DNA of 63,332 bases, filler included, from Octopus bimaculoides (Eukaryota), in the NCBI RefSeq assembly GCF_001194135.2. It is 4 parts of 4 records of this genome, joined end to end, with 100 filler letters (N's around TTAATTAATTAA, not from the genome) between each part and the next. Parts side by side here need not be neighbours in the genome. Positions count along the whole stretch, not along the records: positions 1 to 19,470 come from NC_068988.1; 3 more parts are not named here. One strand, given 5' to 3'. A model generated the notes under the pieces. That model was not told the DNA's origin, made no database searches, and saw only the letters and a program-made list of their open reading frames with translations. Position 1 is the stretch's first letter; each line of letters begins with the position of its first letter. This document shows positions 1 to 12,130 of this stretch, piece by piece. The translations under genes were made by a program, and so were the position numbers.

Positions 1-160
<160 letters not shown>

Positions 161-527
161 GGAAGTAGCTGAGGTCGTATCAGTGATGGCACCGATATCC
201 AAGATAAGACTGTCTGACGTGGGTTGCGATGGGGGGAGGGGGAGGGGAGTGGGGGTTTGGTTAACGGAGTGAAGAAGAGTTTGTGGTAAAACTGAAAGAT
301 GTCATGTCTCGTTATTTTTTATTTTTTATTTTATGTTATTTCATTTGATATATTTTGTTTATTTGATAATGACGAATGTAATGATGGAACGGGAGTGGGA
401 GAGAGTCGTGGAGGAGGATGACAACGATAACAGCAACACGAACACCACAGCGAAAACCCCAACTAAACAAAAACAGTAAACATACGAAAATGCCTGGCTC
501 TGTTCAAAAACACATGGAATTATTATC

Positions 528-1090
528 ACTATGACGTCATTTAACACCGGTCATTATGACGTCATGGACACTGACAAATATGACGTTATTAGCACTGGCT
601 ACTATGACGTCGTTAACACCAGCATCTATGACGTCATTAATACTATCTGCTATGACGTCATTTATACTATTGACCATTATGACGTCATGGACGTTGACCT
701 ACCCCCTCCATGGTGTCATTAATACTTTTATTGACCCCTATGACTTCATTAACGTTGGTCACTACGACGTCATTAAAAGTAACCATTGTGACTTTATTAA
801 AACTGACCAACATTAACACAAGCCACTATGACGTCATTTAACTTATCGCTACGACGTCATTAACGCTGACCACTATGACGCTATTAAGATTGATCACTAT
901 GATATCATTTAACATCGATCAATATAACGTCACTAACACTGATGGCGTATGACGTCATGAATACTGATTGGCCTCTCTGACGTCATTTAATATTAACTAA
1001 TATGACGTCATTTAATATTAACTATTATGACGTCATTTAACACTAATCGTTATGACGACATTTAGCATTTGTTACTATGACGTCGCTTAC
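528..1090. repeat. ~24-25 bp minisatellite with TGACGTCA core
   Basis: Exact TGACGTCA at 532, 557, 629, 653, 680, 829, 950, 978, 1003 and 1028. Variant cores at 581, 605, 741, 765, 852, 876, 900, 925, 1053 and 1078. Spacing is mostly 24-25 nt. Confidence 0.9.
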
Positions 1091-1173
1091 GCTGACCGCA
1101 GTAACATTTGTCACTTTATAGACAGGCTGAATGTAGTAACCTTAACATTCCTCTCCAAGGCACAGACCTCAAC

Positions 1174-1225
<52 letters not shown>

Positions 1226-2920
1226 GAAGACTAGCAGTTGTCCATGTTGCAAGTTTCTCTTGTCTACGACACCCGTTTTGTCTAAGGGGGAGGTGAAGCC
1301 AAATAGATTCGCCAGCGTTTCCGTCAGAACGCAGAGTGCTGGAACAGACCCTGCAAGGCATCCATCCCGTCTGACCTTCCAGTAATTCCTCTATTCCCCC
1401 ACCCCCACCTAGTACCGATGCTTCATTTATCAGCTGCGAATGGACCGGAGGAAAAGCAATATTGACCACGGTAGGATTTAAATTGAAGTCCCAAAGAATT
1501 GCAACACATTCTGGCCCGCCACTGCCAGTTCGCTGTCTTTAATATCAGACATCATCAGCCAGAAACCTTCAACGCGTGTATCCAGGGTCAGCTTGCTAAG
1601 ACTCTCCAGGTCCTTCTGTATTCTAATCTATTCATACAATCAGCCAGACCCTTATTTCCAGCCCATTCTTTGATATCGTCAATCTAGAACACCTCGAACA
1701 GCCTCTTGCTCTCTTCCTCTCACACATATATAAATAGAAACCTCAATGCTTTGATGATATCTTAGAAGTCGATCACGGACCAATAAGTACTCATCAAATA
1801 TAGAACTCCTGACTAATGGAAAACGATTAAGTACTCTACTGTATTTACTCTCTAAACACAATTACAAGTAACCGAAATCTTTAACTATTAATCCTTTGTT
1901 GGTCTTATATATCAGCTGTGATACACAGGACATGCATCATATACGATGCACATTCCTAATTTTTTTTTTCAACCACCAGAGTAACTTCGTTCTTAAGAAA
2001 GGAAAGCTTTATATTACTCAGAACATAAAAAATAGGGGCTTACTAAGTCTGAAATCAAGCATGGATATTTAGGACAATCACCTATCTCCGCTATTTCTTT
2101 GGATGATCGTAGAGGTAGATCTCTCAAGCACTTCTTTAATAGGGTCCTATCAGAAGCAACTCTTATTAAACTTTCTTGCAGGATTCCTAGGTATGACCAA
2201 TTAAGACTGTAGATATTATCCAATCATCTCTGTTAGTCAACCCCTATATCTCCTACCGATTGTCTCAGCATGAAGAATCTATCTTGCAATTTTGCGACAT
2301 TCTAAGCACATCACCGTAACTTCTCAATGCGGAGACGTAGCGACTCGTCTTGGAGAGACATCCTGAATCTAAGGTTTCAAAATTATGGAAAAGCTTTGGA
2401 CAGACAAGGGTTAAAATGGTTTAATCTTTTTTTTTTCTGAAGCAATAAGCTAAAGCCTGAACTGTCATACTAAAACTCTTAAACATTGTTACTAAATAAA
2501 TAGATGAATAGAATGTAAACGTATAACTGCGTATGAATTCTAGGTCGATTGTCATAAAATCAACGGACACAATTTATTGCTAACATTCGTAAAATTAAAT
2601 TCAGTTTTATTATTCCCTTTAAATTAATATTTATATTTTCGTATTTCACACCTCTACTCCGTCGGGAAGCTGATTGCGTAGGTTTTTTTGTGACAAAGTA
2701 ATAATAAAAATGATGATGATGATGATGATAGTGGTGGTGGTGGTGGTGGTGGTNNNNNNNNNNNNNNNNNNNNNNNNNNNNNNNNNNNNNNNNNNNNNNN
2801 NNNNNNNNNNNNNNNNNNNNNNNNNNNNNNNNNNNNNNNNNNNNNNNNNNNNNNNNNNNNNNNNNNNNNNNNNNNNNNNNNNNNNNNNNNNNNNNNNNNN
2901 NNNNNNNNNNNNNNNNNNNN

Positions 2921-3275
2921 GGGCAGCAGACTCGCAGTCATAAGATCGTGGTTTCGATTCCCAGACCGGGCGTTGTGAGTGTTTATTGAGCGAAAACACC
3001 TAAAGCTCCACGAGGCTCCGGCAGGAGATGGAGGTGAACCCTGCTGTACTCTTTCACCACAACTTTCTCTTACTTCCTGTTTCTGTTGTGCCTGTAATTC
3101 AAAGGGTCAGCCATGTCACACTGTGTCACGCTGGATATCCCCGAGAACTACGTTAAGGGTACACGTGTCTGTGGAGTGCTCAGCCACTTGCACGTTAATT
3201 TCACGAGCAGGCTGTTCCGTTGATCGGATCAACTGGAACCCTCGACGTCGTAAGCGACGGAGTGCCAACAACGTG
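2921..3275 (+). mobile_element. tRNA-derived SINE, family C (long body ending ...gacggagtgccaacaac), 5' edge at gap
   Basis: B-box-like ggtttcgattcc near the 5' end. The body (gtggagtgctcagccacttgcacgttaatttcacgagcaggctgttccgttgatcggatcaactggaaccc) recurs inverted at 14410-14615 and 14665-14780. Confidence 0.8.
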
Positions 3276-3554
3276 CTTTAGGAGAACAAGAAAATGGAAA
3301 ATTAAATGATATAAAACTATATACGTAATGAAACTTTTAGCTTAAATTGTGTTTTCATCTTACACAGTTTCTAGTTTTTAAAAGTCATGACTTATTGAAA
3401 GCAGTACAAGGTTTTAATAAGTCAAAGAGTGCTTTTAAATGTGTATAACAGCAGCGCTGTTGCTGAGTAGCTTAGGGGATATAAGTTTTTACTGGTATAA
3501 TTAAAATGCCTGACATTTTAGGGGTGGGGGTTAGTAAGTCGATAACACCAAGAC

Positions 3555-3700
3555 AGCAGTACTCAACTCGTACTTTATTTTCTCGACCAGCGAAACATAA
3601 AAGGCAAAGTTGCCTTCGGCGGGATTTGAACTCTCAACATAAAGAACTAGAAAAAAATGCTGCTCAGCATTTTGTTTGGCGTGGTAAAAATTCTGCTAGC
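3555..3700 (-). mobile_element. degenerate SINE family A fragment
   Basis: aaggcaaagttgccttcggcgggatttgaactc is the reverse complement of the family-A B-box/body segment. Confidence 0.6.
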
Positions 3701-3740
3701 CTGTTACCTTTTAGAATTGTTTATTATTCTTTCCTTGTAT

Positions 3741-4065
3741 GGCGGTGAGCTGGAAGATTTGTCAGCACGCTGGGCGAAATGCTTAGCGCTATTTCATCTG
3801 TCTTTACGTTCTGAGTTCAAAATCCGGCAAGGTGGACTTTACCTGTCATCCTTTCGGAGTCGATAGATTAAGTACCAGTTACCCACTGGAGTCGATGTAA
3901 TCGACTTAATCCTTTTGTTGGTCCTTGTTTGTCCCTTCTATGTTTAGCCCCTTGTGGGCAATAAAGAAATAAGAAACGTAAACACACCGGGAGGAAATGC
4001 TTAGTGGTATTTCGTCTGCCTTTACGTTCTGAGTTCAAATTCCGCCGAAGTCGACTTTGCCTTTC
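3741..4065 (+). mobile_element. SINE family A, dimeric form (monomer + linker + 5'-truncated second monomer)
   Basis: Head ggcggtgagctgg, B-box gagttcaaa(t)tcc, linker ...gggcaataaagaaata, then the head-body resumes at agaaacgtaaacac. Confidence 0.85.
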
Positions 4066-4205
4066 CGTCTGCCAAATCCACTCACAAGGTTTTAGTCGGC
4101 CCGAAGCTATAGTGGAAGACACTTGCCTAAGGTGGCACTCAGTGGGACTGAACCCGAAACCATGTGGTTGGTAATCAAGCTTCTTACCACACAGCCACTC
4201 CTCCG
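4066..4205 (-). mobile_element. SINE family B 5' half (tRNA head ggagtggctgtgtggtaag, CORE/MIR-like ccttgggcaagtg)
   Basis: Reverse complement matches plus-strand copies at 19808 and 24395. Confidence 0.85.
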
Positions 4206-4207
4206 CC

Positions 4208-4222
4208 TAAACATATACATAT

Positions 4223-4290
<68 letters not shown>

Positions 4291-4935
4291 GTATGTATGC
4301 ATGTATATATGTATATATATTCACATGCACACACAATATGTATGTATGTAGATACACATTCCTGCTGTGTTCTGGAATATACGTGACGCGTGTATACACT
4401 CATGCTTGTACGCGTTTTTGTTTCTTTCACTTTGTTGTGTGTTTATTTTCTATGCATGCCTGATAAATGTTTGATTCATAACTCTGCGCATGTGTTCACG
4501 TATGCGTAAAGAAGTTTAGTATAAGTGGGAAATTGATAGAGAATATACGAGTGTTTGTATGTTTGTGTATGCGCGTGTGTGTGTGTGTGTGAGCGCGCGT
4601 GCATGTGTGCGTGCGCGTGTGTGTGTGTGTGTGTTTATATGTGTACGTGCATGTGTGCGTGTGTGTGTGTGTTTCTGTGTGCGTGCATGGGTTTGAGTGT
4701 GTGCGTGTGTGCATATGTATGTGTGCGTGTGTGCATATGTATGTGTGCGGGTGTATGTGTTTATTTGTGTCTGCGCGTGCATGTATGTGTGCCTGTGCTT
4801 GTGTGCGTGCGTCTGTGTGCCTGCGTGAGTGTATGTGCGTGTTTGCGTGCGTGTGTGATTGCATGCGTGCGTGTAGGCGCGCCGTGTGTGTGTATGTGTG
4901 CGTGTGTGTGTTTGTGTGTATAAACGAGCGTTTGT
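4208..4935. repeat. (TA)n, (TATG)n and degenerate (TG/CG)n microsatellites
   Basis: Directly visible. Source of the spurious YI/CV/TH ORFs. Confidence 0.9.
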
Positions 4936-5504
4936 GTTTGGGTGTTGTAATACTTCATCAGATGTGAATGTTTTGAGTTGGCACTGAGTACATATCTTCT
5001 TTTGACATCAACATAAATTTTTTTTGACACATCTTTGCTGCCATTGTCACTGCTGCTGCTGCGGCTACTGCTGCTACGGCTACTGCTGTTGCTACGGCTA
5101 CTGCTGCTACTGTTGTTGTTTTCAAATATTCTAGATCAATCTAATTACGTCTCGACCCCTAGAATCACCTCCTCTCTCCACTCACTTTCATTTTATATTA
5201 TATCCTTTTTTTTTAATATTTTACTTGATTTTTTCACGAGGAGTCACCTTCTCACCCTCGCGTCTTTCCTTCCTTCCTGCCATAATTGTTCTGCGTATTA
5301 CGTATTTTCCCCCCCTCAAGATGCACCTTATTCACCCCTCACCACGTGACTTCTAGACATCATCATTATCATCATTATCATCATCATCATTATCATCATC
5401 TTCATGATCATCATCAACAACAGCCACATAGTAGAAACCCTTTAAGCAATCGGTCGATGTGATATCTCAGAAATAGCAGCTAGGTCTCCCTCCACAGATC
5501 TTGT

Positions 5505-5705
5505 ATCTTTTATTTGTTTCAGTCGTTAGACGGCGGCCATGCTGGGGCACCACCTTGAAAACATTTTAGTCGAATGAATCAACGCCAGTACTTCTTTTTA
5601 TTTATTTATTTATCTATTTATTTGTAAAGCCTGCTACTTATTTTATCCGGCATTTTGCCGAACCGCTAAGTTACGGGGACGGAAACACACCAACATCGGT
5701 TGTCA
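5505..5705 (-). mobile_element. SINE family B 3' half
   Basis: cggccatgctggggcaccacc ... gccgaaccgctaagttacggggac...acaccaacatcggttgtcaa is the reverse complement of 10190-10385. Confidence 0.8.
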
Positions 5706-5709
5706 ATGT

Positions 5710-5815
5710 GTAAAAATGAAAATAGGAATTTTGAGAGAAGTTTCTATAAAACTAGTTTTTTTAAACATTGAATGTCTATGGGGTCCATAGACAAAAAATC
5801 GGTTGAGAACCCTTG
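5710..5815 (-). mobile_element. hAT-type DNA transposon/MITE terminus
   Basis: Ends ggttgagaacccttg, the reverse complement of a CA(A/G)GGGTTCTCAACC hAT-like terminus. Subterminal hairpin gtctatgg-ggt-ccatagac at 5774-5792. The partner end was not found. Confidence 0.4.
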
Positions 5816-5952
5816 GACATGATCTTGAAGTTGATGACGGCGATGCCTTAGGACCACGACTAAGACCATGTGGACGACGATTACAATGACAACACGTGTA
5901 ATGACGACCACGATGGTGACCACGACGGCAACGACGTCGAAGATGACGGTGG

Positions 5953-6012
<60 letters not shown>

Positions 6013-6214
6013 CGATGACGACGGCAGCGGGGGGGATGAGGTGATGGCGGTGGCGATTACGGTGGTGATGACAACAAGGACGAGATGGAGGATAATGTCA
6101 AACGATAATTATAGATGTTAAAAGAAAAACAAATCATCTCGGCGTAGTGTGATCTGAGGGAGATTTTAGCTGCTCTTTCTTCAGTTAATGACTGATATAT
6201 TAATAATCCGTAAG

Positions 6215-6425
6215 AAGACGGCGAGATGGCAGAAACATTAGGACGCCGGACGAAATGCTTAGCGGCATTTCGCCCGTCTTTACGTTCTGAGTTCAAATTC
6301 CGCTGAGGTCAACTTTGCCTTTCATCCTTTCAGGGTCGATAAAATAAGTACCAATTGAATACTGGGGTCGATGTGATTTACTTACTCCCCATTCCACGAA
6401 ATTAAAGGTCTTGTGCCAAACTAAG
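6215..6425 (+). mobile_element. SINE family A monomer
   Basis: gacggcgagatggcagaaacattag ... gttctgagttcaaattccgc ... ggtcttgtgccaaa. Confidence 0.85.
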
Positions 6426-6519
6426 TCGTCTCACCGCATTGAATAAAAGTGCTTTTCCAGTATTTGTTTAGTTCTTTGAGTTCTGAGTTCAAATCCTGTC
6501 GAGGGATTGAAATCCTGTG

Positions 6520-7125
6520 ATGGCGGTGTTCATGGTAGTGGTTGTAGTAGTGGTGGTGGCGATGGTGGTGATGGTGGTGATGATAATGGTTGTAGTAGAA
6601 GTAGTGATAGTGGTGGTAATAGTAATGATGGTGGTAGTAGTGTTGGTGGCAGTGGTGGCTGTGATGGTGGTGGTGGTAGTAGTGGTGGTGGTGGTGATTG
6701 TGTTGGTGATTATGGTGGTGGTGCTTGTAGTAGTAGTAGTAGTAGTACTAGTAGTGATGGTAGTAGTATTGGTGGCGGTGATGGTGGTAGTAGTTGCAGC
6801 AGTAGTAGTAGTAGTATTAGTGGTGGTATATTTTCAAACTGTTTTTCTCTTGAAGCTTCTAACGATAAAAGTTCTTATAATTACATCAATCACTTTTTTC
6901 ATCCATTCCCCCGCCACCCCCTATCACCACCACCACCACCACCACTATACCCGGTGCACTCGCACCCTACATACCCTGCATCCACCTCCCCCATCCATCC
7001 GTTTCTTACTCCCACCCCACCCACTAACCCCCCGTACATCTGTTCCCTTCTTAATCACTTTGTAGTCGTTGTCCTAATTACAGAACAACTGAGATTCATC
7101 TTCGTCTCCATCGTTGCTGTCATCG

Positions 7126-7175
<50 letters not shown>

Positions 7176-8146
7176 ATCATGGCGATTACTCTATCGTCAC
7201 CGACATCGTCGGCATCCTCTTCGACGTCGTCGGTGTTGCACTCATCATCATCCTTAATCATCGTTGTCGTCGGTGGAGGCGGCGGCATTTATTACCATCA
7301 TCATCAACATCAATATCATTATCAACCTCTCCTTTCCTCCTCCTCCTCCTCCTCCTCCTGATCCTCATCATTATCATCATCATCATCATCATTATTATCC
7401 GTATCCACCTCATCCTTTACCTCCACTTCCTCTGCTTCTCCTCCTCTTCCTCTCCTCCTCCTCCTCATCCTCATCGTCATCCTCCTCCTCATCATCATTA
7501 TTGTCCGTATCCACCTCATCCTTTACCTCCACTTCCTCTTCCTCTCCTCCTCTTCATCCTCATCCTCATCCTCAGCATCATCCTCTCCTCTCCTCTTCCT
7601 CCTCCTCCACCTCATCATCATCAGCATCATCATCATTATCCGTATCCTCCTCATCTTCCACCTCCTCTACCTCTCCTCCTTCTCGTCATCATCATCATTA
7701 TCCTCTCTTCATCCTCATCCTACTCCTCCTCATCATCATAATCATTATCCTCCTCCTCATCGTCATCATCATCATCACCGTCAACGTCATCCAAAATCAT
7801 TGTCATTCGCATCGTCTTCATCCTCATCCTCATCCTCATCATCTTCTTCTTCTTCTTCTTCTTCTTTTTCTTCTTCTCCTCCTCCTTCTTTTTCTTCTTC
7901 TTCTTTTTCTTCTTCCTCTCCTCCTTCTTCTTCTTCTTCTTCTTCTTCTTCTACTTCTTCTTCCTGTTTGTCTTCTTCTTCTTCTTCTGCTTCTTCTTCT
8001 TCTTCTTCTTCTTCTTCTTCTTTCTTCTTCTTCTTCTTCTTCTTCTCCTCCTTCTTCTTCTTCTTTCTTCTTCTTCTTCTTCTCCTCCTTCTTCTTCTTC
8101 TTCTTCTTCTTCTTCTTCTTCTTCTTCTTCTTCTTCTTCCTGTTTG

Positions 8147-8178
<32 letters not shown>

Positions 8179-8210
8179 TTCTTCTTCTTCTTCTTTCTTC
8201 TTCTTCTTCA
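6520..8210. repeat. compound trinucleotide low-complexity array (GTG/GTA, CAT/CGT, TCC, TTC)
   Basis: Directly visible. Includes a local duplication of (t)ccgtatccacctcatcctttacctccacttcctct near 7400 and 7505. Confidence 0.9.
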
Positions 8211-8934
8211 CTATGGTAATCTTTATTTCACAACATTGAACTCCTGTCNNNNNNNNNNNNNNNNNNNNNNNNNNNNNNNNNNNNNNNNNNNNNNNNNNNN
8301 NNNNNNNNNNNNNNNNNNNNNNNNNNNNNNNNNNNNNNNNNNNNNNNNNNNNNNNNNNNNNNNNNNNNNNNNNNNNNNNNNNNNNNNNNNNNNNNNNNNN
8401 NNNNNNNNNNNNNNNNNNNNNNNNNNNNNNNNNNNNNNNNNNNNNNNNNNNNNNNNNNNNNNNNNNNNNNNNNNNNNNNNNNNNNNNNNNNNNNNNNNNN
8501 NNNNNNNNNNNNNNNNNNNNNNNNNNNNNNNNNNNNNNNNNNNNNNNNNNNNNNNNNNNNNNNNNNNNNNNNNNNNNNNNNNNNNNNNNNNNNNNNNNNN
8601 NNNNNNNNNNNNNNNNNNNNNNNNNNNNNNNNNNNNNNNNNNNNNNNNNNNNNNNNNNNNNNNNNNNNNNNNNNNNNNNNNNNNNNNNNNNNNNNNNNNN
8701 NNNNNNNNNNNNNNNNNNNNNNNNNNNNNNNNNNNNNNNNNNNNNNNNNNNNNNNNNNNNNNNNNNNNNNNNNNNNNNNNNNNNNNNNNNNNNNNNNNNN
8801 NNNNNNNNNNNNNNNNNNNNNNNNNNNNNNNNNNNNNNNNNNNNNNNNNNNNNNNNNNNNNNNNNNNNNNNNNNNNNNNNNNNNNNNNNNNNNNNNNNNN
8901 NNNNNNNNNNNNNNNNNNNNNNNNNNNNNNNNNN

Positions 8935-8966
<32 letters not shown>

Positions 8967-8992
8967 CGCAATAGTAGTAGTAGTAGTAGCAC

Positions 8993-9032
<40 letters not shown>

Positions 9033-9055
9033 CGCAATAGTAGTAGTAGTAGCAC

Positions 9056-9091
<36 letters not shown>

Positions 9092-9140
9092 CGGTGGCAG
9101 CAGCAGCAGTAGTAGCAGCAACAGCAGCAGTAGCAGCAAC

Positions 9141-9191
<51 letters not shown>

Positions 9192-9196
9192 CGCAA

Positions 9197-9229
<33 letters not shown>

Positions 9230-9290
9230 CAGCAACAGCAGTAGTAATAGTAGTAGTATTAAAAGTTGTAATAATTGTAGTAGTTGTAGN
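8935..9290. repeat. (GTA)n array with higher-order unit (gtcgcaata recurs at ~8965, ~9031, ~9191)
   Basis: Directly visible between two gaps. Confidence 0.9.
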
Positions 9291-10169
9291 NNNNNNNNNN
9301 NNNNNNNNNNNNNNNNNNNNNNNNNNNNNNNNNNNNNNNNNNNNNNNNNNNNNNNNNNNNNNNNNNNNNNNNNNNNNNNNNNNNNNNNNNNNNNNNNNNN
9401 NNNNNNNNNNNNNNNNNNNNNNNNNNNNNNNNNNNNNNNNNNNNNNNNNNNNNNNNNNNNNNNNNNNNNNNNNNNNNNNNNNNNNNNNNNNNNNNNNNNN
9501 NNNNNNNNNNNNNNNNNNNNNNNNNNNNNNNNNNNNNNNNNNNNNNNNNNNNNNNNNNNNNNNNNNNNNNNNNNNNNNNNNNNNNNNNNNNNNNNNNNNN
9601 NNNNNNNNNNNNNNNNNNNNNNNNNNNNNNNNNNNNNNNNNNNNNNNNNNNNNNNNNNNNNNNNNNNNNNNNNNNNNNNNNNNNNNNNNNNNNNNNNNNN
9701 NNNNNNNNNNNNNNNNNNNNNNNNNNNNNNNNNNNNNNNNNNNNNNNNNNNNNNNNNNNNNNNNNNNNNNNNNNNNNNNNNNNNNNNNNNNNNNNNNNNN
9801 NNNNNNNNNNNNNNNNNNNNNNNNNNNNNNNNNNNNNNNNNNNNNNNNNNNNNNNNNNNNNNNNNNNNNNNNNNNNNNNNNNNNNNNNNNNNNNNNNNNN
9901 NNNNNNNNNNNNNNNNNNNNNNNNNNNNNNNNNNNNNNNNNNNNNNNNNNNNNNNNNNNNNNNNNNNNNNNNNNNNNNNNNNNNNNNNNNNNNNNNNNNN
10001 NNNNNNNNNNNNNNNNNNNNNNNNNNNNNNNNNNNNNNNNNNNNNNNNNNNNNNNNNNNNNNNNNNNNNNNNNNNNNNNNNNNNNNNNNNNNNNNNNNNN
10101 NNNNNNNNNNNNNNNNNNNNNNNNNNNNNNNNNNNNNNNNNNNNNNNNNNNNNNNNNNNNNNNNNNNTG

Positions 10170-10385
10170 TGTGTGTGTGTGTATGTTTGTGTTTGTTACC
10201 CCACCATCGCTTGACAGCCGATGTTGGTGTGTTTACGTCCCCGTAACTTAGCGGTTCGGCAAAAGAAACCGATAGAATAAATACTAGGCTTACAAAAGAA
10301 CAAGTTGTGGTGTCAATTTGTTCGACTAAAAGCGCTACTCCAGCATGGCCGCAGTCAAATGACTGAAACAAAAGAATAAAAGAAT
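10170..10385 (+). mobile_element. SINE family B 3' half
   Basis: (TG)n then cccaccatcgcttgacagccgatg...cccgtaacttagcggttcggc...cagcatggccgcagtcaaatgactgaaac, followed by an (AAGAATA)-like tail. Confidence 0.85.
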
Positions 10386-10429
10386 AAAATAGAAGCAGCA
10401 GTAGCAATAGAAACAGCAATGGTGGAAGT

Positions 10430-10998
10430 GACAGTAATATCACTGTAGCAGCAGGGGTCGCTGCAGTGGTGGTAGCAGAGACAATAATATTATCCCAGCG
10501 ACAGCAGCAGCTGCATCAGATGCAGCAGTCATAATGTTTGTAGTGGCAGTAATATCATTATAGCAACAACAGCAGCAGCAAAAGCAGCAGCAACAATTGC
10601 AGCAGCAGCAATTGCAGCAGCAGCAATTGCAGCAGCAGCAATTACAGCAGCAGCAATTGCAGCAGCAGCAATTACAGCAGCAGCAATTGCAGCAGCAGCA
10701 GCAATTACAGCAGCAGCAATTGCAGCAGCAGCAATTGCAGCAGCAGCAATTGCAGCAGCAGCAATTACAGCAGCAGCAATTGCAGCAGCAGCAATTACAG
10801 CAGCAGCGGTAGCAGAGACAATAATATCATTCCAGCGGCAGCAGCAGCAGCAGTGGTAGCAGAGACAGTAATATCACCACAGCAACAGCAGCAGCAATAG
10901 TAGCAGCAGTAGTGGCAGGGACAGTTATATCACTATAGCAGCACCAACAGCAGTGGTAGTAGTCATAATATCATTACAGCAGCAGTAGCGGCAGAAGT

Positions 10999-11034
<36 letters not shown>

Positions 11035-11050
11035 GGTAGCAGATACAACA
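10430..11050. repeat. ~45-55 bp minisatellite (gtggtagcagagacaataatatca...cagcagca) with a nested 15-bp array (cagcagcagcaattg/a)
   Basis: Unit recurs near 10468, 10808, 10853, 10912 and 11033. The 15-mer array spans ~10590-10805. Confidence 0.85.
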
Positions 11051-11716
11051 GTTTCAAAGTGGCAACCGCAGCAGCAACAACAGCAACAACAGTAGACAGG
11101 ATCCCTTCTCATTTCAGAAGTAATACAAGCAGCAACGGCAGTACTGGCTGCAGCAATAAAACGAGACGTATTACTACCACTAATGTTGCTACAGCAGCAG
11201 TAGAAGTGGTGGTGGTGGTGGTGGTGGTGGTTGTGGTGGTGTCCTTGTCATGGAAGCTGTTCCTCCCATTTGACACCATGACCAACAAAATCAACAACTT
11301 TCTAATGCGGATGTATGGATGGATGGATGGATGGACTTCTCTGTCTTTGATAATTTAAATTCTTCTTCTGAGAAAAGATCTGGTTTCTAACAAAATTCCA
11401 AAATTCCATCGATGGAACGTAGATCACAAAAAATAATGTCATATTTTAAACCTTAGAAAAGTCTTGCATATCTTTACTGTTCCACTTGCAGATTGTATTT
11501 GCTATGAGCTAATTTGTTGGTTGATTTCTTTTTCTGAAAACCCAAGCTCATCCAGGTTGTCGCATAAGCAACAGCCATAAGATTATGCAATATGTTACGC
11601 AACTCCCAACTCATCAGGCTTACCAAATAAAAAAAGGCGAGCAGCAATTGTGTGTGTGGATGTGTATAGAGGATGCGCGTGTGCGTGCGTGTGTGTATAC
11701 GTGTGTGTGCGTGTGT

Positions 11717-11774
<58 letters not shown>

Positions 11775-12093
11775 ATCGAATCCAGTACAACCTTGAGTAT
11801 GTTTGCGTGTGCTGGTGTATATAGGCTGCTTGCCGGTCAACATTTGTAAGCGCTTATGTCAATGAATGTGTGTACATATGTCTCATCAGGTATATGTGTA
11901 TGAGTGTGTATTTTTGAGAGTCCGGTTGTTCTTCTGTGTTTGTGTACTTGTGTGAGAGAGACAAAGAGAGAAAGCGAGATAGAGAACGTAACTGTGTATA
12001 TGCATAATCATGCACGGACACATATACGCATACATACAATTGCATTTAATATTCATTGTATATACTACGTATGCACATACAGTTACATATGTG

Positions 12094-12130
<37 letters not shown>

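Noticed and set aside
231-260. G-rich run (potential G-quadruplex)
   Set aside because: Ordinary low-complexity sequence next to GTG repeats, with no functional context.
528-1090. CRISPR-like repeat-spacer interpretation of the TGACGTCA array
   Set aside because: The period (~24 bp) is too short, the spacers are homologous to each other, the context is eukaryotic, and there are no cas genes.
1225-2390. Possible very old minus-strand LINE (Tx1-like fragments TLLKK, LISDLVSP) with a (CA)n-tailed end at ~1177-1390
   Set aside because: The motif matches are too short and degenerate to support a call without an HMM search.
7264-10251. 995-aa ORF and the many poly-V/L/S/YI/CV/TH ORFs in the track
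   Set aside because: They are translations of microsatellites and N runs with no domain content.
10597-10812. PolyQ/L ORF (QQQQL)n
   Set aside because: It is a pure 15-bp tandem repeat starting at TTG inside a minisatellite, with no splice signals or flanking coding context.
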